A DNA stretch of 64,000 nt from Minisyncoccota bacterium (GCA_031291875.1 JARLIE010000183.1:1356-65355); one strand, 5' to 3'. Shown: positions 1-10,528, counted from the first letter of the stretch. Program-made: numbers and translations. Notes: generated from the sequence alone by a model not told the origin.

Positions 1-434
1 TGCAGTGCGAGGCCGCCGGGAAACGGACCGAAAAGCTGCTTGATATCTTTTTGATCCCACTTTTGGAACAACTCACGCCCGCGTACCACAAGTACGCGTG
101 GATACTCCTCCTTCGTAACGACGACGTAATTGAAGCTCTTGTTGTCTTTCTCATCGACGTTATAGGGTGGCTGTCGGCGCTTGATCTCGTTCGCTTCCAA
201 AATAAGTGCTTCTAGTACAGAGTCGGTCGTCTGCCACTTGAGCGACGTCGCCCGTTCCACCATGGCGACGATTCGCATGCCACGCGTCTCAGCCAAATCG
301 GACGCGAAATAGCTTCGAACCCGGTCACGCAAACTTGTAGCTTTGCCCACATACAAAACTTCTCTTCCCTTGAGGAAAAGGTAGATGCCCGGTTCATCGG
401 GAAGTTGCAGTGTTTGGAGGTCTTTCTTTGTCAT
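1..434 (-). CDS. uvrC: Excinuclease ABC subunit C, N-terminal part (runs off window start)
   Basis: Manual translation from ATG 434: MTKKDLQTLQLPDEPGIYLF...LYVGKATSLRDRVRSYF...EALILEANEIKRRQPPYNV, a UvrC GIY-YIG domain; near uvrA/uvrB. Not in ORF track. Confidence 0.93.
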   Translation of the reverse strand, partial: MTKKDLQTLQLPDEPGIYLFLKGREVLYVGKATSLRDRVRSYFASDLAETRGMRIVAMVERATSLKWQTTDSVLEALILEANEIKRRQPPYNVDEKDNKSFNYVVVTKEEYPRVLVVRGRELFQKWDQKDIKQLFGPFPGGLAL

Positions 435-441
435 TAAATAG

Positions 442-471
442 TCTTACCGCGGTATGGAGGCCGCGGCAAGA
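442..471. terminator. Stem-loop downstream of ORFan 496-780
   Basis: TCTTACCGCGG-N8-CCGCGGCAAGA inverted repeat. Confidence 0.45.
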
Positions 472-495
472 AGGAGGACGGAGTCCTCAGTGTGT

Positions 496-780
496 TCACG
501 ATTCCGCATGGAGCTTGATCATCTCCGGCGGAAGAATGCCCTGGTTTCGATAGTGATCATATATGACCATAACCGATGCGTGCCAAGTTGAATCGTTCAG
601 TCCCATCCGGAGTCCCGCACGGGTCAGCACGACCGAAAATAAATCGATTTCATTCGGTATGCCGAGCCGCTTGCAGAGACATTTGACGATCTGCGTCGCG
701 TTCGGGGTGGGCAATCGCGGCGGTACTTCCTCCATCGTAAGATCGAAGACAGTTCCGCTAGCAAACAGATTGCATCCCAT
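496..780 (-). CDS. Hypothetical protein (94 aa)
   Basis: ORF with AAGGAG 7 nt before ATG, TTGCAA-N16-AATACT promoter-like motif upstream and hairpin downstream. Confidence 0.65.
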   Translation of the reverse strand: MGCNLFASGTVFDLTMEEVPPRLPTPNATQIVKCLCKRLGIPNEIDLFSVVLTRAGLRMGLNDSTWHASVMVIYDHYRNQGILPPEMIKLHAES

Positions 781-891
781 TCAAGTTCTCCTTTGGCAGT
801 GAGATCGTGAGCCACTTCTATGCTCTAAAAGACTAGTATTGCACAAGCTTCATGATTTGCAAATTGCGCCGCTTTTGGGGATAAGCATACC

Positions 892-3558
892 TTATTCCTT
901 TTTCTTTCCTCGCTTCAAAACTCGCTTGAGGTAGTAGCCGGTATGCGACCCATCTACCCTTGAAACCTCCTCGGGTGTTCCGTGCGCGACGAGTTTGCCA
1001 CCTCCCGCTCCGCCCTCCGGGCCCATGTCGATGATGTAGTCCGCGCACTTGAGCATATCGAGATTGTGTTCGATTACGACCACGGTATTGCCGTGCTCGA
1101 TGAGCTTCTGAAGAATTTGAATGAGTTTCGCGACATCATCGTAGTGCAACCCAACCGTGGGCTCGTCGAGCAGGTATACCGTTTTCGTTAGGCCGGGACG
1201 ATAGAGTTCGGAAGCGATTTTGACGCGCTGGGCTTCGCCCCCCGAGAGCGTGGTCGCGCTTTGACCGAGCTCGAGATACCCGAGTCCGACATCGATCAAT
1301 GTTTGCAAACGATCACTGATCGCCGGAATGTCCTCGAAGAATTTATTTGCCTCTTCCACGGTCATCGATAGCACGTCGTGAATATTCTTCTTTTTGTATT
1401 TGACCTCCAGTGTCTCTTTCATAAAGCGTTTGCCATTGCAGACATCGCACGTGACGTACACGGTCGGCAGGAAGTGCATTTCGACGGCAACCAATCCGTT
1501 GCCCTGGCACGCTTCGCAGCGACCACCTTTCACGTTGAAGGAGAAGCGGCCCGGGCCCCAGCCGCGTGCACGGGCTTCTTCACTCATCGCGAAGAGATCG
1601 CGAATGTGCGTCCAGGCGCCGGTATACGTGGCGGGGTTTGAACGCGGCGTGCGCCCGATCGGCGACTGATCAATTAAAATCGAACGACCCAAATATTCCG
1701 TACCCGAAAATTCTTTCACATTGTAGGTCTTCGCGCTTCGGAAGCGCTTGTCAAATTTTGCCTGCAAGTTGCGGTGCAATATTTCGTAGAGGAATGTCGA
1801 TTTACCTGAGCCAGAAACACCCGTTATGGCAACCAGCTTGGAAAGCGGAATATCGACGTTGAGGTTCTCAATGTTGAACTTGCTCGCGCCGCGAATTTTT
1901 ATCTTACCGCGATCCGCGGTGCGACGTTTCTCCGGAATCTCAATAGCCGCTTCCTCGCGAAGATACGAAAGTGTGCGCGAGCCGCTTTTATTGGTCTTCG
2001 CGGTCAAAAGGTCGTCAAGCCACCCCGATACGACAACGTTGCCACCGTGCACACCCGCACCTGGGCCAATGTCGATGATGTAATCCGAGGCATAGATGGT
2101 GTCCTCGTCATGTTCGACGACCAGTACGGTATTGCCGAGGTCGCGCAAACGTTTGAGTGTTTCGATAAGCTTGTCGTTGTCGCGCTGGTGCAAGCCGATG
2201 GTCGGCTCGTCAAGAACATAGAGCGCCCCGACCAAGCCGGAACCAAGCTGTGACGCAAGGCGGATGCGCTGCGCTTCGCCGCCGGAGAGCGTGTTCGCTT
2301 TTCGATCGAGCGTGAGGTATTCGATGCCGACATTGAGCATAAATTGCAAACGGCTCGTGATCTCCTTGATCACGACTTTCGAAATTTCCTTTTCCTTCTC
2401 GGTGAGCTTGAGAGCGGTGAAAAATTTCATCGCGTTCTCGATCGAAAGCGACGAGAGATTCACGATGTTGGAACCGCTTGCGGGTCCATTGTGTTCTTGC
2501 GGTTCTTTTACCTGGCCGAGAAACACGTTGAGCGCTTCAGGGCGCAGACGAGCGCCGTTACATACCGGACACACTTCGTCGCTCCAGATAAATTTGGTGC
2601 CGAGGCCGTTGCACTCGGGGCATGCGCCGTACGGCGAATTGAACGAGAACAAGCGTGGTTCAATCTCGGGAAACGAAAAACCGTCGTATGGGCACATAAA
2701 CTTCGCGGAAACGATACGCGAATTACCCGCGGGATCGGTGATTTTAATGAGCCCCTCGCTTTCGTGAAGCGCGCGTTCAATTGCCTCGCTTGCGCGCTCG
2801 CGCGTTCCTTTCGGGTCGTCCGAAAATTCCGAAACGAAAATTTCGTCCACGACGATGTCGATGTCGTGACGGTCGTTCTTGGCAAGCTCTATGCGCTCGC
2901 GCAGCGATTTCTCTTCTCCGTCGATCACTGCTTTCTCGTATCCTTTCGAGAGCATATCGTAGAGCAACTGGTAGTACTCGCCCTTGCGACCGACGACAAC
3001 CGGAGCCGCAATCCGTATTTTTGCGTTCGAAACGCCTTTAATGAGCGCTTTCTTGCCCTCCCCTTTGGAAGAATCGGTCTTCCCTAATTTGCTTGCCGAA
3101 TTGACGATCTCGAGAACAGTTTCAAGAATTTCTTCGTTGGAGAGTTTGCGTACCTCTCTGCCACAGATCGGACAATGAGGATGGCCAATGCGTGCGTATA
3201 AAACGCGCAAGTAGTCGTATATCTCCGTGATTGTCGCGACCGTCGAACGAGGATTGTTGGAACGCGATTTTTGGTCGATGGAAATCGCAGGCGAAAGCCC
3301 GGAGATCTCATCCACGTCCGGCTTTTGCATTTGACGTAAAAACTGACGTGCATAGGCGGAAAGCGATTCGACATATTTACGCTGGCCCTCGGCAAAAATA
3401 GTATCGAATGCCAAAGATGACTTGCCGGAACCGGACAAGCCCGTAAATACGACCATCTTGTTGCGCGGCATCTCTACGCTGACATTCTTGAGGTTGTGCG
3501 TGCGCGCGCCTTTGATGACGATCTTATCCGAACCTGCGTCTTTTGGATGTGGGGTCAT
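892..3558 (-). CDS. uvrA: Excinuclease ABC subunit A
   Basis: Two ABC ATPase modules ([26 protein letters not shown] x2), CxxC zinc modules, N-terminal GARTHNLKN. Confidence 0.98.
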   Translation of the reverse strand: MTPHPKDAGSDKIVIKGARTHNLKNVSVEMPRNKMVVFTGLSGSGKSSLAFDTIFAEGQRKYVESLSAYARQFLRQMQKPDVDEISGLSPAISIDQKSRSNNPRSTVATITEIYDYLRVLYARIGHPHCPICGREVRKLSNEEILETVLEIVNSASKLGKTDSSKGEGKKALIKGVSNAKIRIAAPVVVGRKGEYYQLLYDMLSKGYEKAVIDGEEKSLRERIELAKNDRHDIDIVVDEIFVSEFSDDPKGTRERASEAIERALHESEGLIKITDPAGNSRIVSAKFMCPYDGFSFPEIEPRLFSFNSPYGACPECNGLGTKFIWSDEVCPVCNGARLRPEALNVFLGQVKEPQEHNGPASGSNIVNLSSLSIENAMKFFTALKLTEKEKEISKVVIKEITSRLQFMLNVGIEYLTLDRKANTLSGGEAQRIRLASQLGSGLVGALYVLDEPTIGLHQRDNDKLIETLKRLRDLGNTVLVVEHDEDTIYASDYIIDIGPGAGVHGGNVVVSGWLDDLLTAKTNKSGSRTLSYLREEAAIEIPEKRRTADRGKIKIRGASKFNIENLNVDIPLSKLVAITGVSGSGKSTFLYEILHRNLQAKFDKRFRSAKTYNVKEFSGTEYLGRSILIDQSPIGRTPRSNPATYTGAWTHIRDLFAMSEEARARGWGPGRFSFNVKGGRCEACQGNGLVAVEMHFLPTVYVTCDVCNGKRFMKETLEVKYKKKNIHDVLSMTVEEANKFFEDIPAISDRLQTLIDVGLGYLELGQSATTLSGGEAQRVKIASELYRPGLTKTVYLLDEPTVGLHYDDVAKLIQILQKLIEHGNTVVVIEHNLDMLKCADYIIDMGPEGGAGGGKLVAHGTPEEVSRVDGSHTGYYLKRVLKRGKKKE

Positions 3559-3736
3559 ATAAACAATGCCGACCCCTGCTTTGCGCTAGGGGTTGGTACC
3601 CGCCAACGGCGGACACACGCACTATACCATAAAGCGAACGACGGCGAGCTTGAGGCGCGCCGTCGTTTATATCAGTAGGACGTTATATCCTTCCCCTGCG
3701 CTCAGTCTCTGCGAACTAATACGCGACTTCATCGGA

Positions 3737-4018
3737 TCACCTCGGTGCCACTTCCACGTCCCGGGTCGGGATATACGGTGTGGTACCTCCGATCTTGCAG
3801 CGAATCGGATCGTTCGCCGTTACTTCGGCGGCCGCCGGAGCACTTCCCCTGACCCAGAACTGCTGGATGCAGGACATGACTCCGCCGGCCGGTGCAAGCG
3901 CATAGATCTTGCCGCTTTGCACAGCCGCCGAAAGGTCGTTCTCCCGACCGGCTGCAAAGGCGCCGCCGTTGCACATCAGTACAAAAACAAAAGCAGGTAA
4001 GAACAGTGCAGTTCTCAT
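3737..4018 (-). CDS. Hypothetical secreted protein (93 aa)
   Basis: AAGGAG 6 nt before ATG; signal-peptide-like N-terminus ending AFA. Confidence 0.6.
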   Translation of the reverse strand: MRTALFLPAFVFVLMCNGGAFAAGRENDLSAAVQSGKIYALAPAGGVMSCIQQFWVRGSAPAAAEVTANDPIRCKIGGTTPYIPTRDVEVAPR

Positions 4019-4106
4019 GTGCGTCTCCTTTCAAGAGCTTGAAAACAGGAGCGAGGCTCCTACTAGAAAGTTCACACGAATTTCGTCCAAAGTACAGGGG
4101 ATAGCA

Positions 4107-5030
4107 TTACCTCAATAGCGCGGCCTCTTCGTCAAGCGTGATGGAAAAACGCTTAGACACTTCTGCTTTTATTTTTGCCGCCAGCTCAAGAATATTCGCT
4201 GCGGTCGCACCGCCTCGATTCACCAAATAGTTGGGATGCTGCAAGCTGGCAATCGCTCCGCCGACAGTGGCGCCTTTCATGCCTGCCGTTTCGATTAACC
4301 AACCAGCGGGAACACGTCCCTCGCGAGATTTCACGCCTTTCTCCGTTTCGAACACCTCCACGACCTGCTTTGGTGCGATAGGATTCATAAAAAAGCTGCC
4401 GGCAGCTTTCACATTCTGCAAATGGCGCCGCTCGCGCTCGAGAACGGTTTCCTGTGCCAGCTGTTTTGATCGCTCTGGATCGACGTTATATAACTGCAGC
4501 GACGTGCGCAAAATAATCCATTCCGGATTATCCTTAAAAAAACTGTGGCGATAGGAGAAGTCACACGCTGCATTTTTAAAATCGCGTACCTCACCCGTTT
4601 GCGGATGTAACGCCCGTACCATAAGAACGAAATCCTTAATCTCGCTTCCGAAGGCGCCTGCGTTGCCCCGAATAGCGCCACCGATCGATCCGGGAATTCC
4701 CGCGAGCTTCTCCCACCCGCCAAATCCTTGCTGCGCGCACGCGGTGATTGCGAGCAAAAGATTCGTACCGGCCCAAGCGTCGAGTATGCCGTCTTTTACG
4801 CCGTATAAATTCCCCACCAAGTGTATGACGAGCGCATCGAGTCCTTCGTCGGGTACCAACACGTTGCTTCCGCCCCCGAGAATGATGAATCTGATGCGTC
4901 TTTCGTTCGCCCACAAGATAGCTTCCCGAATATCGGTTTCGCTACGAACGTCCACGAAATACCGCGCAGTACCGCCAATGTCGAACGTTGTCAGCGGCGC
5001 AAGCGGAACGTTTTCGCGAATCTCCTGCAT
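4107..5030 (-). CDS. murB: UDP-N-acetylenolpyruvoylglucosamine reductase
   Basis: TTFDIGG, LGGGSNVL, GIPGSIGGA..GNAGAFG, FSYRHS, AGSFFMNP, HPNYLVN motifs. Confidence 0.97.
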   Translation of the reverse strand: MQEIRENVPLAPLTTFDIGGTARYFVDVRSETDIREAILWANERRIRFIILGGGSNVLVPDEGLDALVIHLVGNLYGVKDGILDAWAGTNLLLAITACAQQGFGGWEKLAGIPGSIGGAIRGNAGAFGSEIKDFVLMVRALHPQTGEVRDFKNAACDFSYRHSFFKDNPEWIILRTSLQLYNVDPERSKQLAQETVLERERRHLQNVKAAGSFFMNPIAPKQVVEVFETEKGVKSREGRVPAGWLIETAGMKGATVGGAIASLQHPNYLVNRGGATAANILELAAKIKAEVSKRFSITLDEEAALLR

Positions 5031-5031
5031 A

Positions 5032-7029
5032 CTACTTTTTTAAGGATTCCTCCAAGGTATTGATCTCGTCTCGCAAAAGCGCGGCGGTTTCGAAATCGAG
5101 ACGGTCGGCCGCATCATGCATCTGGCGTCGTTTATCTTTGATGAGTTTTTTCATATCGCCACCAAAGGCATTTGCGTCATACGCTGCAAGTTCGGTAATC
5201 GCCCGCTTACGGGTTCGTTCGATGTCTCCGGTGATGTCCATGATGCGCTTCTTGATAGTTTGCGGCGTGATGCCATGCTCTTTGTTGTACGCGATCTGAA
5301 TCGCGCGGCGGCGGTTGGTCTCCCCGATTGCGCGATCGAGCGAGCCGGTCATATGGTCTGCGTAGAGAAGGACCCGGCCGTTGACGTTGCGTGCGGCACG
5401 ACCGATCGTCTGGATGAGCGACGTTTCGCTGCGCAAAAAGCCTTCCTTGTCGGCATCGAGAATACCGACGAGTTCGACTTCCGGCAGATCTAATCCTTCG
5501 CGAAGCAGGTTGACGCCGACCAGCACGTCGAAGATTCCTTTGCGGAAATCCGTGAGAATCTCTATTCGCTCGATGGTCGTTACATCGCTGTGTACGTAGC
5601 GGGCCTTGATGCCTTTCTCGACGAGGAATTGCGACAAGTCCTCGGCCATTTTCTTGGTAAGCACGGTAACCATCGAACGAGCACCTTTCTTGGTCGTCGC
5701 TTCGGCTTCTGCGATAAAATCCTTGACCTGTCCTTCATAGCCAGCGCTCGAAACTACGGGCCGAATAACGATCTCGGGGTCAATAAGGCCGGTTGGTCGC
5801 ACAACCATTTGGATCGGCTCTCCGCTGTGCGCGAGTTCGTATTGTCCGGGCGTCGCCGTGGTGTAAATCGTCTGGCCGGTACGCTCTTCGAATTCGTCGA
5901 ATGTGAGCGGGCGATTGTCAACGGCGCTCGGCAAGCGAAAACCGTGCTCGACCAGCGTTAGTTTACGCGAACGATCACCTGCATACATCGCGCCAATCTG
6001 CGGCACAGTTACGTGTGATTCGTCGATGACCGTGAGGAAATCCTTGGGAAAATACGAGAGCAGTGTGTGGGGCGGCTCGCCCGGTTTGCGACGGTCGAAG
6101 TGACGGGAATAATTTTCGATGCCGTTGCAAAAGCCAAACTCTTTGATCATCGCAATATCCTGGCGAGTCCGACGCTTCAGACGTTCCGCTTCGAGTATTT
6201 TTCCCTCATCTGCAAAGACCTTAAGTTGCAGCGCCAATTCCGCCTCGATATCGGCTACCGCAGCGTCTTGGACCTCTTTGGGAGTAACGTACTGTCGCGC
6301 CGGAAACACGAAGACGGCTTCGTGCGTCGTCGCAATTTCCCGGGTAATAGGATCGAGCTCCTCGATACTGCCGATTTTCCCAGCCGAGAGATCGAGCCTG
6401 TAAATCGTTCGTTCGCTGGCCGGCATGAGCTCAACCTTGCTGCCGAGCGCTCGAAATGTTCCCGGCTTGAGATCGCCTGCAACTCGATCGAAGTAAATCG
6501 CTATAAGCTTTCGCGTGAGCGCCGCGCGGGTCATCGGCCCGCCTTTTTTTAGTTTCAAATTCACCTTCTCGTATTCAATGGGAGAGCCAAGGCCGTAAAT
6601 ACACGAAACAGAGGCGACGACGATAACGTCGCGGCGCGTGAGAAGCGCCTGCGTCGCAGCGTGGCGCAAACGTTCAATATCTTCGTTTACCTGTGATTCT
6701 TTCTCGATGTACGTATCCGTCACCGGCACGTATGCCTCTGGCTGGTAGTAGTCGTAATACGAAACGAAGTAGTGGACAGCGGCGTCTGGAAAAAATTCTC
6801 GATACTCGGAAGCGAGCTGTGCAGCAAGCGTCTTGTTGTGTGCGATTACCAGGGTCGGGCGCTGCATTTCATTGATGATGCTGGCGACGGTGAACGTCTT
6901 GCCCGAACCTGTTACACCGAGGAGCGTTTGGTCCCGTTTGCCCTCCTTGAGCCCTTTGACGAGCGCGGCAATAGCCTTGGGCTGGTCGCCGCTTGGCTGG
7001 TACTCCGATTTAAGTTTGAACGAGGCCAT
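5032..7029 (-). CDS. uvrB: Excinuclease ABC subunit B
   Basis: PSGDQPKAI, GVTGSGKT, YYDYYQPEAY, DESH, NLLREGLDLPEV, C-terminal UVR domain. Confidence 0.98.
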   Translation of the reverse strand: MASFKLKSEYQPSGDQPKAIAALVKGLKEGKRDQTLLGVTGSGKTFTVASIINEMQRPTLVIAHNKTLAAQLASEYREFFPDAAVHYFVSYYDYYQPEAYVPVTDTYIEKESQVNEDIERLRHAATQALLTRRDVIVVASVSCIYGLGSPIEYEKVNLKLKKGGPMTRAALTRKLIAIYFDRVAGDLKPGTFRALGSKVELMPASERTIYRLDLSAGKIGSIEELDPITREIATTHEAVFVFPARQYVTPKEVQDAAVADIEAELALQLKVFADEGKILEAERLKRRTRQDIAMIKEFGFCNGIENYSRHFDRRKPGEPPHTLLSYFPKDFLTVIDESHVTVPQIGAMYAGDRSRKLTLVEHGFRLPSAVDNRPLTFDEFEERTGQTIYTTATPGQYELAHSGEPIQMVVRPTGLIDPEIVIRPVVSSAGYEGQVKDFIAEAEATTKKGARSMVTVLTKKMAEDLSQFLVEKGIKARYVHSDVTTIERIEILTDFRKGIFDVLVGVNLLREGLDLPEVELVGILDADKEGFLRSETSLIQTIGRAARNVNGRVLLYADHMTGSLDRAIGETNRRRAIQIAYNKEHGITPQTIKKRIMDITGDIERTRKRAITELAAYDANAFGGDMKKLIKDKRRQMHDAADRLDFETAALLRDEINTLEESLKK

Positions 7030-7119
7030 AGGACACTACACTGTACCAAATTATCCCCAAAGAAAAATGGTCGGCCTGGGGGCCGACCACTATCACTGAT
7101 TTTGCGCGCTCGCGTCGTT

Positions 7120-7305
7120 TCAACCCTGCTGTTTCGAGGGCGTCGACGCCGAAGTAGTTCCCTGCTGCTGTTGTGTCGAGCTTGGCTCGCCGTCTTCCAC
7201 TGCCGAGCAATGGAATGATGAAGGCCGCGTCACCTCGCGGCAGGTGCCATGAAAGGATCTCCCTCCCGCCGTGAGCCTATCGCGGGGGCCGTATCGATTG
7301 GGCAT
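7120..7305 (-). CDS. Hypothetical small protein (61 aa)
   Basis: AAGGAG 6 nt before ATG; downstream hairpin TGGTCGGCC-N-GGCCGACCA at about 7068-7089. Confidence 0.5.
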   Translation of the reverse strand: MPNRYGPRDRLTAGGRSFHGTCREVTRPSSFHCSAVEDGEPSSTQQQQGTTSASTPSKQQG

Positions 7306-7449
7306 CTTCTGCTCCTTAATTCACATCAGTGCATGTTTACGCAATACACCGCGGGCGATAGTACTCCCAAAAAGCTATGTGGGCAACTTCGTTGCAGGAT
7401 CGCCTCCCGTGCAGTACCGTTACTGTGGTTGCGAACAACAGGGGTTCCC

Positions 7450-7662
7450 ATGCCAAAGAAGCGCGCTCGGAAAAGAGGGCATAAAGCGGCTCGAAAACAA
7501 AAAACGAGTTACCACGAAGGCGATGCGGCTGACAGCCTTGAAGGGTGCGTTCGACGGATACTGCGCTCACAAGGTTGCAATATGAAGAGTTCGCGTTTTT
7601 TAGCGGGATCGCGTACTAGAATTCAGTTTGATCTTCCGGCGAATCCTGACGATCTGGATTGA
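7450..7662 (+). CDS. Hypothetical small basic protein (70 aa, MPKKRARKRGHK...)
   Basis: Internal ATG of track ORF 7249-7662, preceded by AGGGG and followed by a terminator hairpin. Confidence 0.5.
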   Translation: MPKKRARKRGHKAARKQKTSYHEGDAADSLEGCVRRILRSQGCNMKSSRFLAGSRTRIQFDLPANPDDLD

Positions 7663-7674
7663 ATGCTGAGGCGC

Positions 7675-7704
7675 AAGAGACGGCACGAGTATGCCGTCTC
7701 TTTT
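7675..7704. terminator. Intrinsic terminator between convergent ORFan and tyrS
   Basis: AAGAGACGGCA-cgagta-TGCCGTCTCTT followed by T-tract. Confidence 0.7.
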
Positions 7705-7707
7705 CTT

Positions 7708-8952
7708 TTAGATACGTGTCAACAGGCAAACATTGCGCTTGCCGCGTTTGAGTATCGCGATATTGTGTACAAAATCGTCGGCGTTTATCGTTTTATCCTC
7801 AGTGACAGCCTCACCATTTAAAGTAACGGCCGAATCCTCAACGAATTTTCTAGCCTCTCGTTTCGAGCTCGCGAGTTTTGATTCGACAAGGACGTCGAGG
7901 ATCGACGCGTCTTCGGCAACCGCGATGCTCGGCGCTGCCAAGCGCAGTGCGTTCGCAGCTTTTGCGTCCAGATCGGCGACGCTCCCCTCCCCAAACAACA
8001 ACTGCGAAATGAGTTCCGCTTCTTCCGCAGCCGGATCGCCGTGAACAAGTGTGGTGACCGCTCGAGCGAGCGCCCGCTGAGCATGGCGTTCCTTGGGACT
8101 TCGCTGCTGGAGTTCCATGACAGCCTCGATTTCGTTCACGGACAAGAGCGTAAAGAGTTTCAAATAGTCCTCCACGCTTTCATCGCTCGCGTTTAGCCAA
8201 AACTGGTAGAACATAAAGGACGATGTTTTCTCAGGATCGAGCCAGATTGCATTGCCTTCGCTCTTGCCGAATTTCTTGCCAGTCGCCTTATCCGTGATAA
8301 TCGGAATTGTGAGCGCGTAAGCTACTTTATTCTCTTTGCGTCGAATCAACTCGACACCCGCGATAATATTGCCCCATTGATCGGATCCGCCGATCTGGAC
8401 GTCGCAATCGTATTCTCGGAAGAGATGCCAGAAATCGTACGCCTGCAAAAGCGGGTAGGTAAATTCTGTGAACGAAATTCCATCCTCGCTCGTCATGCGC
8501 GCCTCGATTGCGTCTTTTTTTACTAAATTGTTGACCGTGAAGTACTTACCGGTATCGCGAAGAAACTCGATCAAGTTGAGATTGGTGAGCCAATCGGCAT
8601 TGTTTATCACCTGAAGCTCGATACCACCGAGAAGCTTTTGCGCTTGCGCGCGCAATTTTCCTACGCGCGCTCGAATTGTTTCCTCATCAAGAAGCGGACG
8701 CTCAACGTCCGGCTTGGGATCGCCGATCATCCCGGTCCCGCCGCCAGTAATCAAAATAACCTTGTGCCCCGCATCGGCGAAGCGGCGAAGCAACAGGTAG
8801 GCCGCCAAATTGCCGACATGGATAGAATCGGCGGTCGGATCAACACCGAGGTACACGGTGCGCGGCTTGCCGTCGGTGATTTCTTCGAGCTTTTCAGCCG
8901 AAAATTGATAGACGTAGCCGCGCTCGCGCAAGAGCTCCGAGAGTTTTGCCAT
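7708..8952 (-). CDS. tyrS: Tyrosine--tRNA ligase
   Basis: GVDPTADSIHVGN (HIGH), QIGGSDQWGNI, KFGKS (KMSKS), C-terminal S4 domain. Confidence 0.98.
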   Translation of the reverse strand: MAKLSELLRERGYVYQFSAEKLEEITDGKPRTVYLGVDPTADSIHVGNLAAYLLLRRFADAGHKVILITGGGTGMIGDPKPDVERPLLDEETIRARVGKLRAQAQKLLGGIELQVINNADWLTNLNLIEFLRDTGKYFTVNNLVKKDAIEARMTSEDGISFTEFTYPLLQAYDFWHLFREYDCDVQIGGSDQWGNIIAGVELIRRKENKVAYALTIPIITDKATGKKFGKSEGNAIWLDPEKTSSFMFYQFWLNASDESVEDYLKLFTLLSVNEIEAVMELQQRSPKERHAQRALARAVTTLVHGDPAAEEAELISQLLFGEGSVADLDAKAANALRLAAPSIAVAEDASILDVLVESKLASSKREARKFVEDSAVTLNGEAVTEDKTINADDFVHNIAILKRGKRNVCLLTRI

Positions 8953-8979
8953 TGCCGAAAATATACCACGAAACGCGCC

Positions 8980-10026
8980 TTAGGCGTGCGGATCCGGGAG
9001 GTATTTGTAGATCTGGGCGATCTCGGTCATAACCTCGTCCGAGAGCTTCAGATCGGCGGAGGCGATATCGGATTTTAGCTGCTCAAGCGTGGTGCAGCCT
9101 ATGATGTTCGAGATGGTAAACGCGCGGTCGTTAACGAAGGCGAGCGCCATTTGTGCCGGGTCGAGACCGTGCTTTTTTGCGAGATCGACGTACGCCTGAA
9201 TGCCCGCTTGCACATGCGCGCCGTTATAGCGTTCGCGATTGCGCTCGTAGAGCGTGTGGCGAGCTTTCGGGGGCTGCGCCCCGCCGAGATATTTGCCGGA
9301 AAGGGCGCCGCCGCCCAGCGGTGAATACGGCAAAAGCCCGACTCCCTCGCGAAGACAAATTTCGGAGAGTCCGATCTCAAAAGTTCTGTTGGTGAGATCG
9401 TACTGGTTTTGAATGGTCACAATCCGCGGCAAATTCTTTTCTCGGGATAGACGCAAATATTCAGTAACGCCCCAAGGTGTTTCGTTGGACACACCAATGT
9501 GTCGAACTTTGCCGCTTTTTACGACTTCCGACAGGCCCTGCAGTGTTTCTTCAATCGAAGGAACATTCTCTTCGACGATTGATTCAAAGCCGCGCTTGCC
9601 GAAAAAGTTGGAGGTGCGGTCCGGGACGTGGACTTGATACAAATCGATGTAGTCCGTTTGCAGACGCTCAAGGGTGCCGTCAATGGCCGCTGCGATGTTC
9701 TCGACGGTGAGACCCTTGCTCGCGTCGCGAGTTTTGATCATCGGTCTTTGAAAAAGTCCGCCGACCTTGCTCGCGATGACCAAGTCGTCTCGCTTACCGC
9801 GCTTTTTCAGCCAGCTCCCGATGAAGCGTTCGGTCGTTCCCTGTTTTTCAGGATCCGGCGGAATAGGATACACCTCTGCAGTGTCGATAAAATTAACGCC
9901 TTGCGCGACGGCGTAGTCGAGTTGCTCATGCGCGTCGCTCTCGGTATTTTGCTGACCCCAGTTCATCGAACCGAGGCAGATTTTAGAAACCTTTATAGTC
10001 GTGTGCGGTATCGTTCGATATTCCAT
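8980..10026 (-). CDS. NADP(H)-dependent aldo-keto reductase (Tas-like)
   Basis: ICLGSMNWG, FIDTAEVY, LQTDYIDLYQVH, GVSNETPWG, YSPLGGG. Confidence 0.93.
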   Translation of the reverse strand: MEYRTIPHTTIKVSKICLGSMNWGQQNTESDAHEQLDYAVAQGVNFIDTAEVYPIPPDPEKQGTTERFIGSWLKKRGKRDDLVIASKVGGLFQRPMIKTRDASKGLTVENIAAAIDGTLERLQTDYIDLYQVHVPDRTSNFFGKRGFESIVEENVPSIEETLQGLSEVVKSGKVRHIGVSNETPWGVTEYLRLSREKNLPRIVTIQNQYDLTNRTFEIGLSEICLREGVGLLPYSPLGGGALSGKYLGGAQPPKARHTLYERNRERYNGAHVQAGIQAYVDLAKKHGLDPAQMALAFVNDRAFTISNIIGCTTLEQLKSDIASADLKLSDEVMTEIAQIYKYLPDPHA

Positions 10027-10102
10027 AGGGAGCCATTATAACAAAAAGGCCTACGAGAGTAGGCCAAGTTTGGGAGCAAGCCCAGAAGATGAACTACTGT
10101 AA

Positions 10103-10528
10103 CTATACAATATCCGTTCCTCTTTCGACTTCCCTTCTGTGGACAGCGTCCTCGTCCATGCCAAAGTGGTGCGCGAACTCATGCCAGATCGTGTCCGCAA
10201 CGATTTTGCGCACCCTCTCTTTGAATTCCTCGTCTGTAGCATCTGGACCGCACTCCTCGTCTGCCATATCGAGCGTCGGCAGTATGTAGATCGTAATCGT
10301 ATCCGGCAAGGTCATTCCGATCCCATACATCTCCCCCCGCGCGGAAAGAGGAACCCCTTTGTAGAGTCCCAACAATGTTTCATTTTCACCTAATCCCTGT
10401 GCCACTCTGTCCTCCCTCGAGGGTTCGTTTTCGATCAAAATCGCAACATTGGAAATCTTTTCGCGCACCCATGCCGGCAGCTGGTCGTAACCTTCGATGA
10501 CAAGTTGCTCGAATTCGTCCTGGTTCAT
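10103..10528 (-). CDS. Minimal zincin metallopeptidase family protein (DUF1025-like)
   Basis: LLGLYKGVPL, LPDTITIY, HEFAHHFG (HExxH). Confidence 0.88.
   Translation of the reverse strand: MNQDEFEQLVIEGYDQLPAWVREKISNVAILIENEPSREDRVAQGLGENETLLGLYKGVPLSARGEMYGIGMTLPDTITIYILPTLDMADEECGPDATDEEFKERVRKIVADTIWHEFAHHFGMDEDAVHRREVERGTDIV

Noticed and set aside
3559-3620. Structured uvrA leader (GCCGACCCCT...AGGGGTTGGT) as a riboswitch or SOS box
   Set aside because: Two short hairpins only; no recognisable riboswitch consensus and no LexA-type palindrome shared with uvrB or uvrC.
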